Below, piece by piece: positions 45,250-53,643 of a DNA stretch of 61,020 nt. The stretch is from Dehalococcoidia bacterium (GTDB lineage: Bacteria > Chloroflexota > Dehalococcoidia > Lucifugimonadales > UBA3495). The translations under genes were made by a program, and so were the position numbers. The notes beneath the pieces were generated by a model, which saw only the letters and a program-made list of their open reading frames with translations, was not told the DNA's origin and ran no database searches. The stretch spans positions 1 through 61,020 of the forward strand of contig SHYG01000002.1 of NCBI GenBank assembly GCA_009692925.1, given 5' to 3'. The stretch's first letter is position 1; every line of letters begins with the position of its first letter.

Positions 45250-45689
45250 TGTGGTCCTTTGCCGGGTTCCAATGCCCTCTGAAGAACTCAGGTAGTTCAA
45301 GCTCCGGCCTGCTGTCAACGTATCCAAAGACGAGAACAACGAAAGGCTGGATGATGTGATGGTCGCCCCGTGTACTTCCAACATCTCCAGACGAAGGGAA
45401 CCTGCCCAATTCCTCATAACTGGAGCAGATGTTACCCACGCGGGGATAAGAGTTGACTCGGTTGTCAGGTGTGAGTCACTGTTCACCATCAACCAGTCAA
45501 TGGTTTTACGAGTGTTGGGTACGCTTTCCGATAGGGCAATAACCGGCGTGGATCGCTGCTTAAAGAACGCTCTAGCACGGTGCTGAAAAAGGGGTCGACG
45601 GCCCGAAATCGTCCCAATTTTCGTACCTGAGAGTCCGTCCATTTTTCGCAAGATCGGGGTTTTTCAGCAGCCTGCTAGGACTGGAATGA
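45230..45689 (+). pseudogene. MazF/PemK-family toxin gene inactivated by an in-frame TAG (45293..45295) and a MITE insertion near its 3' end
   Basis: MSLKLGDVVLCRVPMPSEELR*FKLRPAVNVSKDENNERLDDVMVAPCTSN...VVRCESLFTINQSMVLRVLGTLS. Removing the MITE restores ...KNALGLE-TGA at 45687..45689. Confidence 0.75.
45573..45677 (+). mobile_element. 105-bp MITE copy 3
   Basis: TAGCACGGTGCTGAAAAAGGGG ... GGGGTTTTTCAGCAGCCTGCTA, inserted at a TA in the toxin gene. Confidence 0.9.
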
Positions 45690-45740
45690 TGGATGCGCCA
45701 TCCCAGAGCATCGCGCTGGAATAAGGTCGCCTTCAAGTCC

Positions 45741-45774
45741 GCCGGGAAAGCTGGTCAACGTGGTGGCGGGGTAG
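45741..45774 (+). repeat. 34-nt relic duplicate of the leuS 3' end (31/34 identical to 44968..45001)
   Basis: GCCGGGAAAGCTGGTCAACGTGGTGGCGGGGTAG versus GCCGGGAAAGCTGGTCAATGTAGTGGTGGGGTAG. Confidence 0.85.
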
Positions 45775-45782
45775 CGCTGCGG

Positions 45783-45811
45783 TTGACAACCCCCGCCGCC
45801 CCAGGTATGCT
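45783..45811 (+). promoter_or_regulatory. sigma70-like promoter for the cob leader
   Basis: TTGACA, 17-nt spacer, TATGCT. Confidence 0.5.
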
Positions 45812-45865
45812 ACCGGCATAGTCGCAGCTACCCAGCGGGCGGCTTGGCTCTTAACAAATTATATG

Positions 45866-46167
45866 TCCCGCGGCACCCCAGGGGTTTAATTAGGGAAGAC
45901 GGTGCAAGTCCGTCACGGTTGCGCCACTGTGTGCGGGGAGCTGGCCGAAGCTAGCACCACTGCCCCCCCCAGATAAAATCCGGGTCGGGATGGGAAGGTA
46001 TCGGTCCAGCCTGGATTCGCAAGTCAGGAGACCTGCCCGGGTTTGATGGAGCCCCTGCACTGCGCCCAACAGAGATGGTTCCGTGGCATCCCTGCCCGTC
46101 GGCTTTTGTTCGAGGCTGGAAGCAGAATCATCCGTTCCCCTGGCCGCAGTAGGGCCAGGGGTTTTTT
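45866..46167 (+). promoter_or_regulatory. cobalamin (AdoCbl) riboswitch with terminator expression platform
   Basis: AGGGAAGACGGTGCAAGTCCGTCACGG...GCGCCACTGT core and B12 box AAGTCAGGAGACCTGCC (46021..46037). Terminator CCCCTGGCC-GCAGTAG-GGCCAGGGG-TTTTTT at 46137..46167. Confidence 0.85.
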
Positions 46168-46185
46168 AGTTGGCCGAGGTTTAGT

Positions 46186-46851
46186 TTGGTTATGAATGCC
46201 ATGTCCCTGGTGGAACGGTACGCCCTGCTCCCCGAGGAGATTGACCGGGAGAGTCTGCGGATGGTGGAAGCCAGCCTGCCCCGGTCGCTTGACCTTCGCG
46301 CCCAGGAGCGCTACGTGGTCTGCCGCATCGTGCGGGCCGAGGGCGACCCGGATATCGCCGCCAGCATACGCTTCAGCCCCGGCGCCGTGGAGCGCGGCCT
46401 GGCGGCGCTGGCATCCCACGCGGCGGTCATTACCGACGTTCGCATGGTGGAGGCAGGCATCTCCCGCGCCCTGCTCAAGCGCCACGGCGTCGCCACCCGC
46501 TGCATGATCGACGCCCCAGAGGTAGCCGCCCGCGCCCAGCGGGAGGGCACCACCCGCTCGGTGGCGGCGCTGCGGGAGCTGGCGCCCCACTTGAACGGCG
46601 CGGTGGTTGCCATCGGCAATGCCCCCACGGCGCTGCTGGCCCTGCTGGATTTGGTGGACGCGGGACAGGTGTCCCCCGCGCTGATTATCGGTATGCCCGT
46701 GGGCTTCGTCGCCTGCCCCGAGTCCAAGGACGAGCTGATGCGCCGTACCGCACCCTACATCACCATTCCCGGACGCCGGGGGGGCAGCTCCGCCGCCGCC
46801 GCCACGGTGAACGCCCTGTTGGACCTGCTGAGTCAGCGGGAGGCCAAATAA
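46186..46851 (+). CDS. cbiC: (cobalt-)precorrin-8 methylmutase
   Basis: CbiC/CobH pattern including AIGNAPTALLALLDLV. Start is TTG at 46186 or ATG at 46192. Confidence 0.9.
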   Translation: MVMNAMSLVERYALLPEEIDRESLRMVEASLPRSLDLRAQERYVVCRIVRAEGDPDIAASIRFSPGAVERGLAALASHAAVITDVRMVEAGISRALLKRHGVATRCMIDAPEVAARAQREGTTRSVAALRELAPHLNGAVVAIGNAPTALLALLDLVDAGQVSPALIIGMPVGFVACPESKDELMRRTAPYITIPGRRGGSSAAAATVNALLDLLSQREAK

Positions 46852-47774
46852 TGCCTAGAGCCGCCGCCCGGCCGCAAGACGCTGGACAACGTGTCCAGGC
46901 CCAGCAGGCGGACTGGGGCGTGATCATGCTCTGCCACGGCAGCCAGCGCGGCGGCAGCCGGGCCGAGTGCTCCTGCGTCTGGAGGCTGAACGGCTCCGAA
47001 CTCCCCGGATGGTGCCTCCAATGCCCCAGCACGCCGGTGGGCCTGCGCGAGACCGCCAGCCGGCTGCAAGAGCAGCTGACTCCGGAACGCGCCCAGGTGG
47101 TGCTGTCCTGCCTGGAGTTCATCCAGCCCCATCCGCCCCAAGCGGTGCGGGCCCTGGCCCTGCAGGGGTTGCGGCGCATCGTGATTGCGCCCTTCCTGCT
47201 GGGGCACGGCAAGCACGCCACCCTGGAGCTCCAAGAAGTGCTGGAAGACCTGCGCCGGGAAAACCCCCAGGCGCAGATTCACCTGGCCGGCGGACTGGGC
47301 GCTGACCCCCGCATTGCCGAGGTAGTGGTGGAGCGGGTGCGCGCCCTGGGCGGCCCGCCGGCGCGGCCCACGCAAGGACGTCCTGCGGGGGTGCTGGTGG
47401 TCAAGGCGGGCACCAAAACCCAGTACGATGACTGCCTCTGGCTGGCGGAGTTGGGCAGCATGGTGGAAAAAGGCCTGGGGTTGGGATATGCTGTGACCGT
47501 GGCCCAGTCGCATTACGGCGACCCTACCATGGAATCGGCGGTGGCCCGGCTGGTGGACCAGCGGAGGGTTTCATCCCTCACCTGCGTGCCCTACCTGCTG
47601 TTTCCCGGCTTGATATTGCAACGCAACGTGCTGGGAACCATGAGCCTCTTACAAGACCGGTATCCCGGCCTGCCCATGGCGGTCACGCCGCCCCTGGGCG
47701 CAGACCCGCGGTTGGCGGCGGTGGCCGCCGACCGCATCCAGGAAGTGTGGCGTCAGGTGGACGGCGCTGTCTGA
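46851..47774 (+). CDS. cbiX: sirohydrochlorin cobaltochelatase, two-domain CbiX type, with a Cys-rich insert
   Basis: Two CbiX-like halves (VIMLCHGS... and VLVVKAGTK...). FLLGHGKH motif. Insert CSCVWRLNGSELPGWCLQC. Confidence 0.75.
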   Translation: MPRAAARPQDAGQRVQAQQADWGVIMLCHGSQRGGSRAECSCVWRLNGSELPGWCLQCPSTPVGLRETASRLQEQLTPERAQVVLSCLEFIQPHPPQAVRALALQGLRRIVIAPFLLGHGKHATLELQEVLEDLRRENPQAQIHLAGGLGADPRIAEVVVERVRALGGPPARPTQGRPAGVLVVKAGTKTQYDDCLWLAELGSMVEKGLGLGYAVTVAQSHYGDPTMESAVARLVDQRRVSSLTCVPYLLFPGLILQRNVLGTMSLLQDRYPGLPMAVTPPLGADPRLAAVAADRIQEVWRQVDGAV

Positions 47775-47810
47775 AGTTGCCCTAGGCTAGAGCGGTCAAC
47801 GGCGAGGAAT

Positions 47811-49013
47811 ATGTCCGGCACACAGCCCGACGAAGAACACCCGGAGAGCGATTACAGCCGCCAGACGGTGAAGCGTCACGGCATGCGCACGGGCTACACC
47901 ACTGGCTCCTGCGCCGCCGCCGCTGCCAAGGCCGCCGCGCTGACCCTCCTCACCGGCCAGCCGGTGCATGAAGTGACGATCCACCTGCCCGTGGGGCGCG
48001 ACGTCACCTTCACCCTGCACCGGTGCCAGTGGGTAGACACGGGTAGACAAGTGTTGTGCTCGGTAATCAAGGACGGCGGCGACGACCCCGACGCGACCCA
48101 CGGCGCGGAGATCTGCGTCACCGTGTCCCTGGCCCCTGCCGGACAGACCGGGTTGCGCATTGTGGGCGGCCCCGGCGTGGGCATGGTCACCCGACCTGGC
48201 ACCGGCATCCCCGTTGGCGAGCCCGCCGTCACCCGCGTGCCCCGTCGCATGATGGCCGAGTCCCTGCAAGAGGCGGCCCGCAGCCAGGCGCTGCCCGAGG
48301 ACACCGGCTTCATTGCGGAAGTCTCCGTCACCGGCGGCGAAGAGATCGCCAAGAAGACTACCAACTCCCGCCTGGGAGTCATGGGCGGCATCTCCATCTT
48401 GGGCAGCACCGGAGTGGTGCAGCCCTTCTCCACCGCCGCCTGGCGCGCCAGCGTCCACCTGGCGATCGACGTGGCAGCGGCCAATGGCCTGACTCACATG
48501 GTATTGTCTACTGGCACCCGCAGCGAGGAGTACGCCAAAGGCTGCCTGGACCTGCCGGACATGGCCTATGTGGACGCGGGCATCTTCAGCGGTCCGGCCC
48601 TCAAGCGCTGCGTGATGCGCCAGATTCCTCGCGCTACCCACGTGGGCATGGTGGGCAAGTTCTCCAAGATGGCTATGGGCTACTTTGTCACTCACGTGGC
48701 TGGCAACCGGGTGGACCCAGTTTTCCTGGCCTCCCTGGCCGGCCAGTGCGGCGCATCCCCGCAGGTGCAGGAAGAGATGCGCGGAGCGGCCAGCGGGCGG
48801 CACTTCCAAGAAATTGCCCAGGCCAATGGCCTGCTGTCGGTGTTCCCGCTGATGTGCCAGATGGTCTGTCAGGAGAGCCTCAAACTTCTGGGCGATGACG
48901 CCGGAACTTTGGTTGTCGATGCGCTGTGCTTCGACTTTGACGGCACGCTGCTGGGTCATGCCTCCACCTCTCCCGAGGGCGTCCCGCTGGTGGCGGGCTC
49001 CGGGCGACGCTAG
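47811..49013 (+). CDS. cbiD: cobalt-precorrin-5B (C1)-methyltransferase
   Basis: MRTGYTTGSCAAAAAKAA. Confidence 0.9.
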   Translation: MSGTQPDEEHPESDYSRQTVKRHGMRTGYTTGSCAAAAAKAAALTLLTGQPVHEVTIHLPVGRDVTFTLHRCQWVDTGRQVLCSVIKDGGDDPDATHGAEICVTVSLAPAGQTGLRIVGGPGVGMVTRPGTGIPVGEPAVTRVPRRMMAESLQEAARSQALPEDTGFIAEVSVTGGEEIAKKTTNSRLGVMGGISILGSTGVVQPFSTAAWRASVHLAIDVAAANGLTHMVLSTGTRSEEYAKGCLDLPDMAYVDAGIFSGPALKRCVMRQIPRATHVGMVGKFSKMAMGYFVTHVAGNRVDPVFLASLAGQCGASPQVQEEMRGAASGRHFQEIAQANGLLSVFPLMCQMVCQESLKLLGDDAGTLVVDALCFDFDGTLLGHASTSPEGVPLVAGSGRR

Positions 49014-49039
49014 AGATAGCCCCGCAGGGTTCGGCAATT

Positions 49040-49666
49040 GTGACAGAGCATCAGAAGGTTAAGGACATCCCGGTATCCCCAGCCCGCAGCCTGGGCCTGC
49101 CTGACGACGCCTTCGAGCAGCGCCGCCCCCTGCGGGGCCAGATTACCAAGCGAGAAGTGCGGGCGGTCAGCCTGTACTCCCTGGGCTTGCGGCCCGACAG
49201 CGTGGTCTGGGACATCGGCGCGGGCACCGGTTCCGTGGCGCTGGAAGCGGCGCTCATCGCCCACCGCGGCAGGGTCTACGCCATCGAGCGGGACCCCGAA
49301 GGCCTGCTCCTCCTGGAACACAACGTGGCGCGGCTGGGGCAAGGCAACGTGCAGGTCGTGCCTGGCGAGGCGCCCGCCGCGCTGGCGGCATTGCCCGACC
49401 CGGACGCGGTGTTCGTGGGCGGCAGCGGCGGCCGGCTGGCGGGGGTGCTGGACGAAGTGGCCCGCCGGCTCAAGCCCCAGGGCCGGGTGGTGGTGAACCT
49501 GGCGGCGCTGGAGCGGGCCCAGGAGTCGTACCACCGGCTTCGGGATTTAGGTTTGGCTGTCGAGCTGGTGATGGTCAACGCCGCGCGGGGCAAGGAGTTG
49601 CCCGACGGCTCGGTGCGCCTGGAGGCGCTGAACCCGGTATTTGTGGTCACCGGCTGGCGCCAATAA
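49040..49666 (+). CDS. cbiT: cobalt-precorrin-6B (C15)-methyltransferase, decarboxylating
   Basis: ITKREVRAVSL...VWDIGAGTGSVALEAA. Confidence 0.85.
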   Translation: MTEHQKVKDIPVSPARSLGLPDDAFEQRRPLRGQITKREVRAVSLYSLGLRPDSVVWDIGAGTGSVALEAALIAHRGRVYAIERDPEGLLLLEHNVARLGQGNVQVVPGEAPAALAALPDPDAVFVGGSGGRLAGVLDEVARRLKPQGRVVVNLAALERAQESYHRLRDLGLAVELVMVNAARGKELPDGSVRLEALNPVFVVTGWRQ

Positions 49667-49696
49667 TGAACCAATGCGGTTTTCAGGAATGATCCG

Positions 49697-50428
49697 ATGA
49701 CTAGTAGGCGTTCCAAAGCGGCTTCCGGCACTCTGTACGGCGTGGGCGTGGGCCCCGGCGACCCGGAGCTGGTGACGCTCAAGGCCCACGGCGTCTTGCA
49801 GCGGGTGCCCATCATCTGCGTTCCGCAGTCGGAGACCAGCCAGGACAGCTACGCCCTCAGTATTGTCCGAGGGTTCCTGGACCTAAAGCGTCAGGAGATT
49901 CTGCGCATCAGCTTCCCCACCGACGACGCCCAGGGCGCGGCCCGTGCCTGGCGGGACGGCGCCGACGCCCTCGCCGTGCGGCTCCAGCAGGGTCAGGACG
50001 CGGCCTTCATCACGGAGGGCGACCCCATGCTCTACAGCACCTTCTCCTACGTGCTGGAGCACATCCGGTCTGTGTATCCTGCCATCCCGGTGGAGATTAT
50101 CCCCGGCGTTTCCTCCGTCATGGCGGCGGCGGCCAGCTCCGGCGTGCCGCTGGTTACCCACGGCCAGCGCCTGGCCATCCTGCCGGCGGTGTACGGCATT
50201 GACGACCTGCGGGAGGCCATCGCCAGCTACGATACCATCGTGCTGATGAAGGTGAACCGCACATTGTTGCAGGCCCTGGCCAGCCTGGAGCGGCTGGGTC
50301 TGGCGGGCAAGGGTGTCTACGTGCGGCGGGCCACCACCGACCGCGAGCAGGTGGTGCGAGACTTGAATCAACTAACTGAGGAGGACCTGGACTACTTCTC
50401 CCTCCTCATCATTCGGAAAGGTGAATAA
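49697..50428 (+). CDS. cbiL: (cobalt-)precorrin-2 C20-methyltransferase
   Basis: LYGVGVGPGDPELVTLKA. Confidence 0.85.
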   Translation: MTSRRSKAASGTLYGVGVGPGDPELVTLKAHGVLQRVPIICVPQSETSQDSYALSIVRGFLDLKRQEILRISFPTDDAQGAARAWRDGADALAVRLQQGQDAAFITEGDPMLYSTFSYVLEHIRSVYPAIPVEIIPGVSSVMAAAASSGVPLVTHGQRLAILPAVYGIDDLREAIASYDTIVLMKVNRTLLQALASLERLGLAGKGVYVRRATTDREQVVRDLNQLTEEDLDYFSLLIIRKGE

Positions 50429-51294
50429 TGCCTGGTATAAAGTCTCAGCCTAAGTCTACTGGCAAGGTCTACTTCATTGGCGGCGGGCCGGGCGACCCCG
50501 AGCTGCTCACCCTGAAGGCCAAGCGGCTCATCGAGTCGGCGGACGTGGTCATCTACGCCGACTCTTTGGTGCATCCATCCATTGTGGAGTTCGCCCGCCC
50601 CGGCGCGGAAGTCCACGGCAGCAAGACCCTCACCCTGGGCCAGATCATGGAGCTCACCCTCCAGGCCGTGAAGCAGGGCAAGGTTGTGGCCCGCATCCAA
50701 AGCGGCGACCCCTCCATCTACGGCGCCATGCTGGAGCAGATGCGGGTGCTGGAAGCCGAGGGCGTGGATTACGAGGTCATCCCCGGAGTCAGCTCTGCCT
50801 TCGCCGCCGCTGCCCGCCTCAAAGCGGAGCTCACGGTGCCCGGCGGGTCTCAGACCGTCATCCTCACCCGCGTGGAGGGCCGTGTGGCCATGCCTCCGGG
50901 GGAGCAGCTGGCCGGCCTGGCCGCCCACGGCGCCACTTTGGTGCTGTTCCTGAGCATCACCCGCATGTTCCGCATCGCCCGGGAGCTTCGGGCCGCCGGC
51001 TACGCCAAGGACACCCCGGTGGCGGTGGTCTACCGGGTGGGCTGGCCCGACGAGCTTATAATTCGCGGCACCCTGGCGGACATTACCCCCAAAGTGCGCG
51101 CGGCCAAGCTCACCCTGCAGGCCCTGATCCTGGTGGGCGGCGCCCTGGATCCCGAGTTGCGCCAGCCCCGGACCTCTGAGGAGCCCCCGGCGGCCTCTTC
51201 GCACCTTTACTCGGAAACCTACACCCACAAATACCGGAAGGCCAGAACCCGGCCCGCTGCCGCCCGCGCTGTCGCCAACGGCAGCGGCGACTAG
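50428..51294 (+). CDS. cbiF: (cobalt-)precorrin-4 C11-methyltransferase with C-terminal extension
   Basis: VYFIGGGPGDPELLTLKAKRLIESADVVIYADSLV. Confidence 0.9.
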   Translation: MPGIKSQPKSTGKVYFIGGGPGDPELLTLKAKRLIESADVVIYADSLVHPSIVEFARPGAEVHGSKTLTLGQIMELTLQAVKQGKVVARIQSGDPSIYGAMLEQMRVLEAEGVDYEVIPGVSSAFAAAARLKAELTVPGGSQTVILTRVEGRVAMPPGEQLAGLAAHGATLVLFLSITRMFRIARELRAAGYAKDTPVAVVYRVGWPDELIIRGTLADITPKVRAAKLTLQALILVGGALDPELRQPRTSEEPPAASSHLYSETYTHKYRKARTRPAAARAVANGSGD

Positions 51295-51325
51295 CCGGGG
51301 CGGCTCATCTGGCGCGGGCAGCCCC

Positions 51326-52477
51326 ATGACCAGCACCGCCATTGTCGCCATCTCCCGTCGCGGGGCGGCTCTGGCGCGCATCCTGGCGCAAGCCCTGCCC
51401 GGCGACGTGACCCTCTACCTGGACCGCCGGCATGTCGCGGAAGTCACTCCTGTGTCGCATCCGCAGACCGTGGCCTTTGACCTGCCCCTGCGCCCAGTGG
51501 TGCAGCACGCCTTCCGCGAGCACCAGCGGCTGGTGCTGTTCCTGCCCGTGGGCGCGGCGGTGCGGCTCCTGGCTCCCTGCCTGGAGGACAAGCACCAGGA
51601 CCCCGCGGTGGTGTGTGTGGACGACGCGGGGCGCTTCGCTGTCAGCCTGCTTTCTGGGCACCTGGGAGGCGCCGACCGCCTGGCGCAGGAGGTGGCTCGC
51701 GCCCTGGGAGCGGTGCCGGTCATCACCTCGGCATCCCACGTCACCGGCACTCTTGCGGTGGACTTGCTGGGCCAGGAATGGGGCTGGCGGCTAGAGGCGG
51801 ATCCGCTGGCGGTGACCCGGGCCAGCGCGGCGGTGGTCAACGGCGACCCGGTGGGTATTTGGCAGCAGACCGGCGAATCCCACTGGTGGCCCCAGGGCAC
51901 TCCGCTGCCCGCCAACCTGCGTGTCTACCCAACTGTCCAGGCGCTGGCAGAATCGCCGTCGGTGGCCGCCCTGGTGATTACCGACCAACTTGGCGTGGTT
52001 GACAACGGCCCCCGTAGGGGCGGGTTTCAAACCCGCCCCGTTCAAGATGTCCTGCCGGGTAAGCACCTGGTGGTGTACCGCCCTCGCAGTTTGGTGGCGG
52101 GAATGGGCTGCCGCCGGGGCGTGCCGGTGGATGAGCTGGAGGAGTTGCTGGCGGATACCTTCCAGTGCCATAACCTGTCGCTGGCCTGCCTGCGGAGCAT
52201 CGCCACCGCCGAGCTAAAGGGGAACGAGCCGGGTCTGCTGGCGCTGGCCCAACGCCACGGAGTGCCGCTAGTTTGCTATGGCGCGGAAGAACTGAACCGC
52301 GCCTTTGAGGACAGCGCGGGCGCAGGCGTCACACCCTCAGCGGCGCGGCGACTGCTGGGCGTGTGGGGCGTCGCCGAGCCGGCGGCGCTGCTGGCCTCCG
52401 GCGGTGGCGAGCTGTTAGTCCCCCGGCAGAAGGCGGCCAGAGCAACCATTGCGGTGGCGCGCGTGGCCTTCGCCTAG
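51326..52477 (+). CDS. cbiG: cobalt-precorrin-5A hydrolase
   Basis: CbiG N, middle and C domains (LVAGMGCRRG start of the C domain). A REP-like hairpin is inserted in-frame at 52014..52041. Confidence 0.85.
   Translation: MTSTAIVAISRRGAALARILAQALPGDVTLYLDRRHVAEVTPVSHPQTVAFDLPLRPVVQHAFREHQRLVLFLPVGAAVRLLAPCLEDKHQDPAVVCVDDAGRFAVSLLSGHLGGADRLAQEVARALGAVPVITSASHVTGTLAVDLLGQEWGWRLEADPLAVTRASAAVVNGDPVGIWQQTGESHWWPQGTPLPANLRVYPTVQALAESPSVAALVITDQLGVVDNGPRRGGFQTRPVQDVLPGKHLVVYRPRSLVAGMGCRRGVPVDELEELLADTFQCHNLSLACLRSIATAELKGNEPGLLALAQRHGVPLVCYGAEELNRAFEDSAGAGVTPSAARRLLGVWGVAEPAALLASGGGELLVPRQKAARATIAVARVAFA
52014..52041. repeat. REP-like hairpin GTAGGGGCGGGTTTCAAACCCGCCCCGT inside cbiG, in-frame (encodes RRGGFQTRP)
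   Basis: 10-bp stem GGGGCGGGTT/AACCCGCCCC. Confidence 0.8.
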
Positions 52478-52488
52478 TCCCCGAGATT

Positions 52489-52568
52489 TCACCGCAGAGG
52501 CGCAGAGACCGCAGAGAAAACAGATAACCAATCGTAAACTCTCCGCGCCCTCTGCGCCTCTGCGGTGA
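52489..52568. repeat. 19-nt perfect inverted repeat with 42-nt spacer (TCACCGCAGAGGCGCAGAG ... CTCTGCGCCTCTGCGGTGA)
   Basis: Between convergent cbiG and the btuF-like gene. Possible bidirectional terminator or REP. Confidence 0.7.
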
Positions 52569-52580
52569 TCGGACCGGTTC

Positions 52581-53504
52581 TTAGCTCAGGTCTGCCTTGC
52601 GGAAGAGGCCAGGAGCAGCCAAACCGGCAAAGCGCTCTGGGTACATGGCCTCGGCCAGGGCCTCCATCACGTCCACCACCCTCGGCCCGTGGCGGCTGGG
52701 CACCCGGCCATCAAAGAGATACACCCGGTCCTGCCGCACCGCGGGCAGCTCCCGCCACCCGGCCTGGGCGGGCAACCAGCTTGCGGTCTCCAGGCCGGCT
52801 CGCTCCAAGTCAAAGGCGCAGGGCATCATCATTATGTAGTCCGGTTGGTAGTCTTGCACCTCAGACCAGGCCAGCTCCCGAGATATGCCCCACTTCTCCG
52901 CCAGCCCCTCGCTGCCGCCTGCCAGCTCCACCAACTCCGGCGTCCACTGGCCCGTGTTGCGCAGCGGCTCCAGCCAGTCCACGCACAGCACCCTGGGCCG
53001 TGCTCCGGCGCTTGCTACGCCCTCCTGCACCCGCGCCACTCGCTGCCGGAGCTGCTGCACTAGGGCGGCGGCGCGCTCCGGCACCAGGGCTGCTCCGCCG
53101 ATGGTCAGCAAGTTCTGAAAGATGTCCTCCAGACTGGCCGGGCGGAGGCTGACGATGGCGGGCTGGTAGTCCAGCACCTTGGCGGCGGTCTCAAACACCG
53201 ATCCGCTGCCCACGGCGCAGACCTCGCACAGCTCCTGGGTCAGGATCAGGTCCGGCTTCAATTCTCGCAGCAGGCCGCCGTCAATCCAGTGCAAGGGGTT
53301 GCCGGTGGCCCGCGCCTGCTGGACAATGGCGTCGATCTCGGTGCTGCTCAGACCGGCGATGTCGCGGATGCTGCGGCTGACCACCGGCTTGGACAACGCG
53401 GTGGCAGGGTAGTCGCACTTGTGGGACACGCCCACCAGTTGGTCGCCCAGTCCCAGGGCGTAGACCATCTCGGTGGCGCTGGGCAACAGCGAGCAGATGC
53501 GCAT
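52581..53504 (-). CDS. TroA/BtuF-like cobalamin-binding-type protein without signal peptide (Cys paralog of the gene at 1..725)
   Basis: 307 aa. [32 protein letters not shown]. Confidence 0.8.
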   Translation of the reverse strand: MRICSLLPSATEMVYALGLGDQLVGVSHKCDYPATALSKPVVSRSIRDIAGLSSTEIDAIVQQARATGNPLHWIDGGLLRELKPDLILTQELCEVCAVGSGSVFETAAKVLDYQPAIVSLRPASLEDIFQNLLTIGGAALVPERAAALVQQLRQRVARVQEGVASAGARPRVLCVDWLEPLRNTGQWTPELVELAGGSEGLAEKWGISRELAWSEVQDYQPDYIMMMPCAFDLERAGLETASWLPAQAGWRELPAVRQDRVYLFDGRVPSRHGPRVVDVMEALAEAMYPERFAGLAAPGLFRKADLS

Positions 53505-53643
53505 GAAGGAACCTTTGGTTGCAGGTTAGCTTCAGTATAGCCAAAGGCGTCGCCTTACGCCAACTGGTATCGTCCAGGCCTTATTGGTGTAAACTGGGCA
53601 AAGCGGCTCTCGGCCATCATTTTGAACTTTACCAGGAGGGAAC

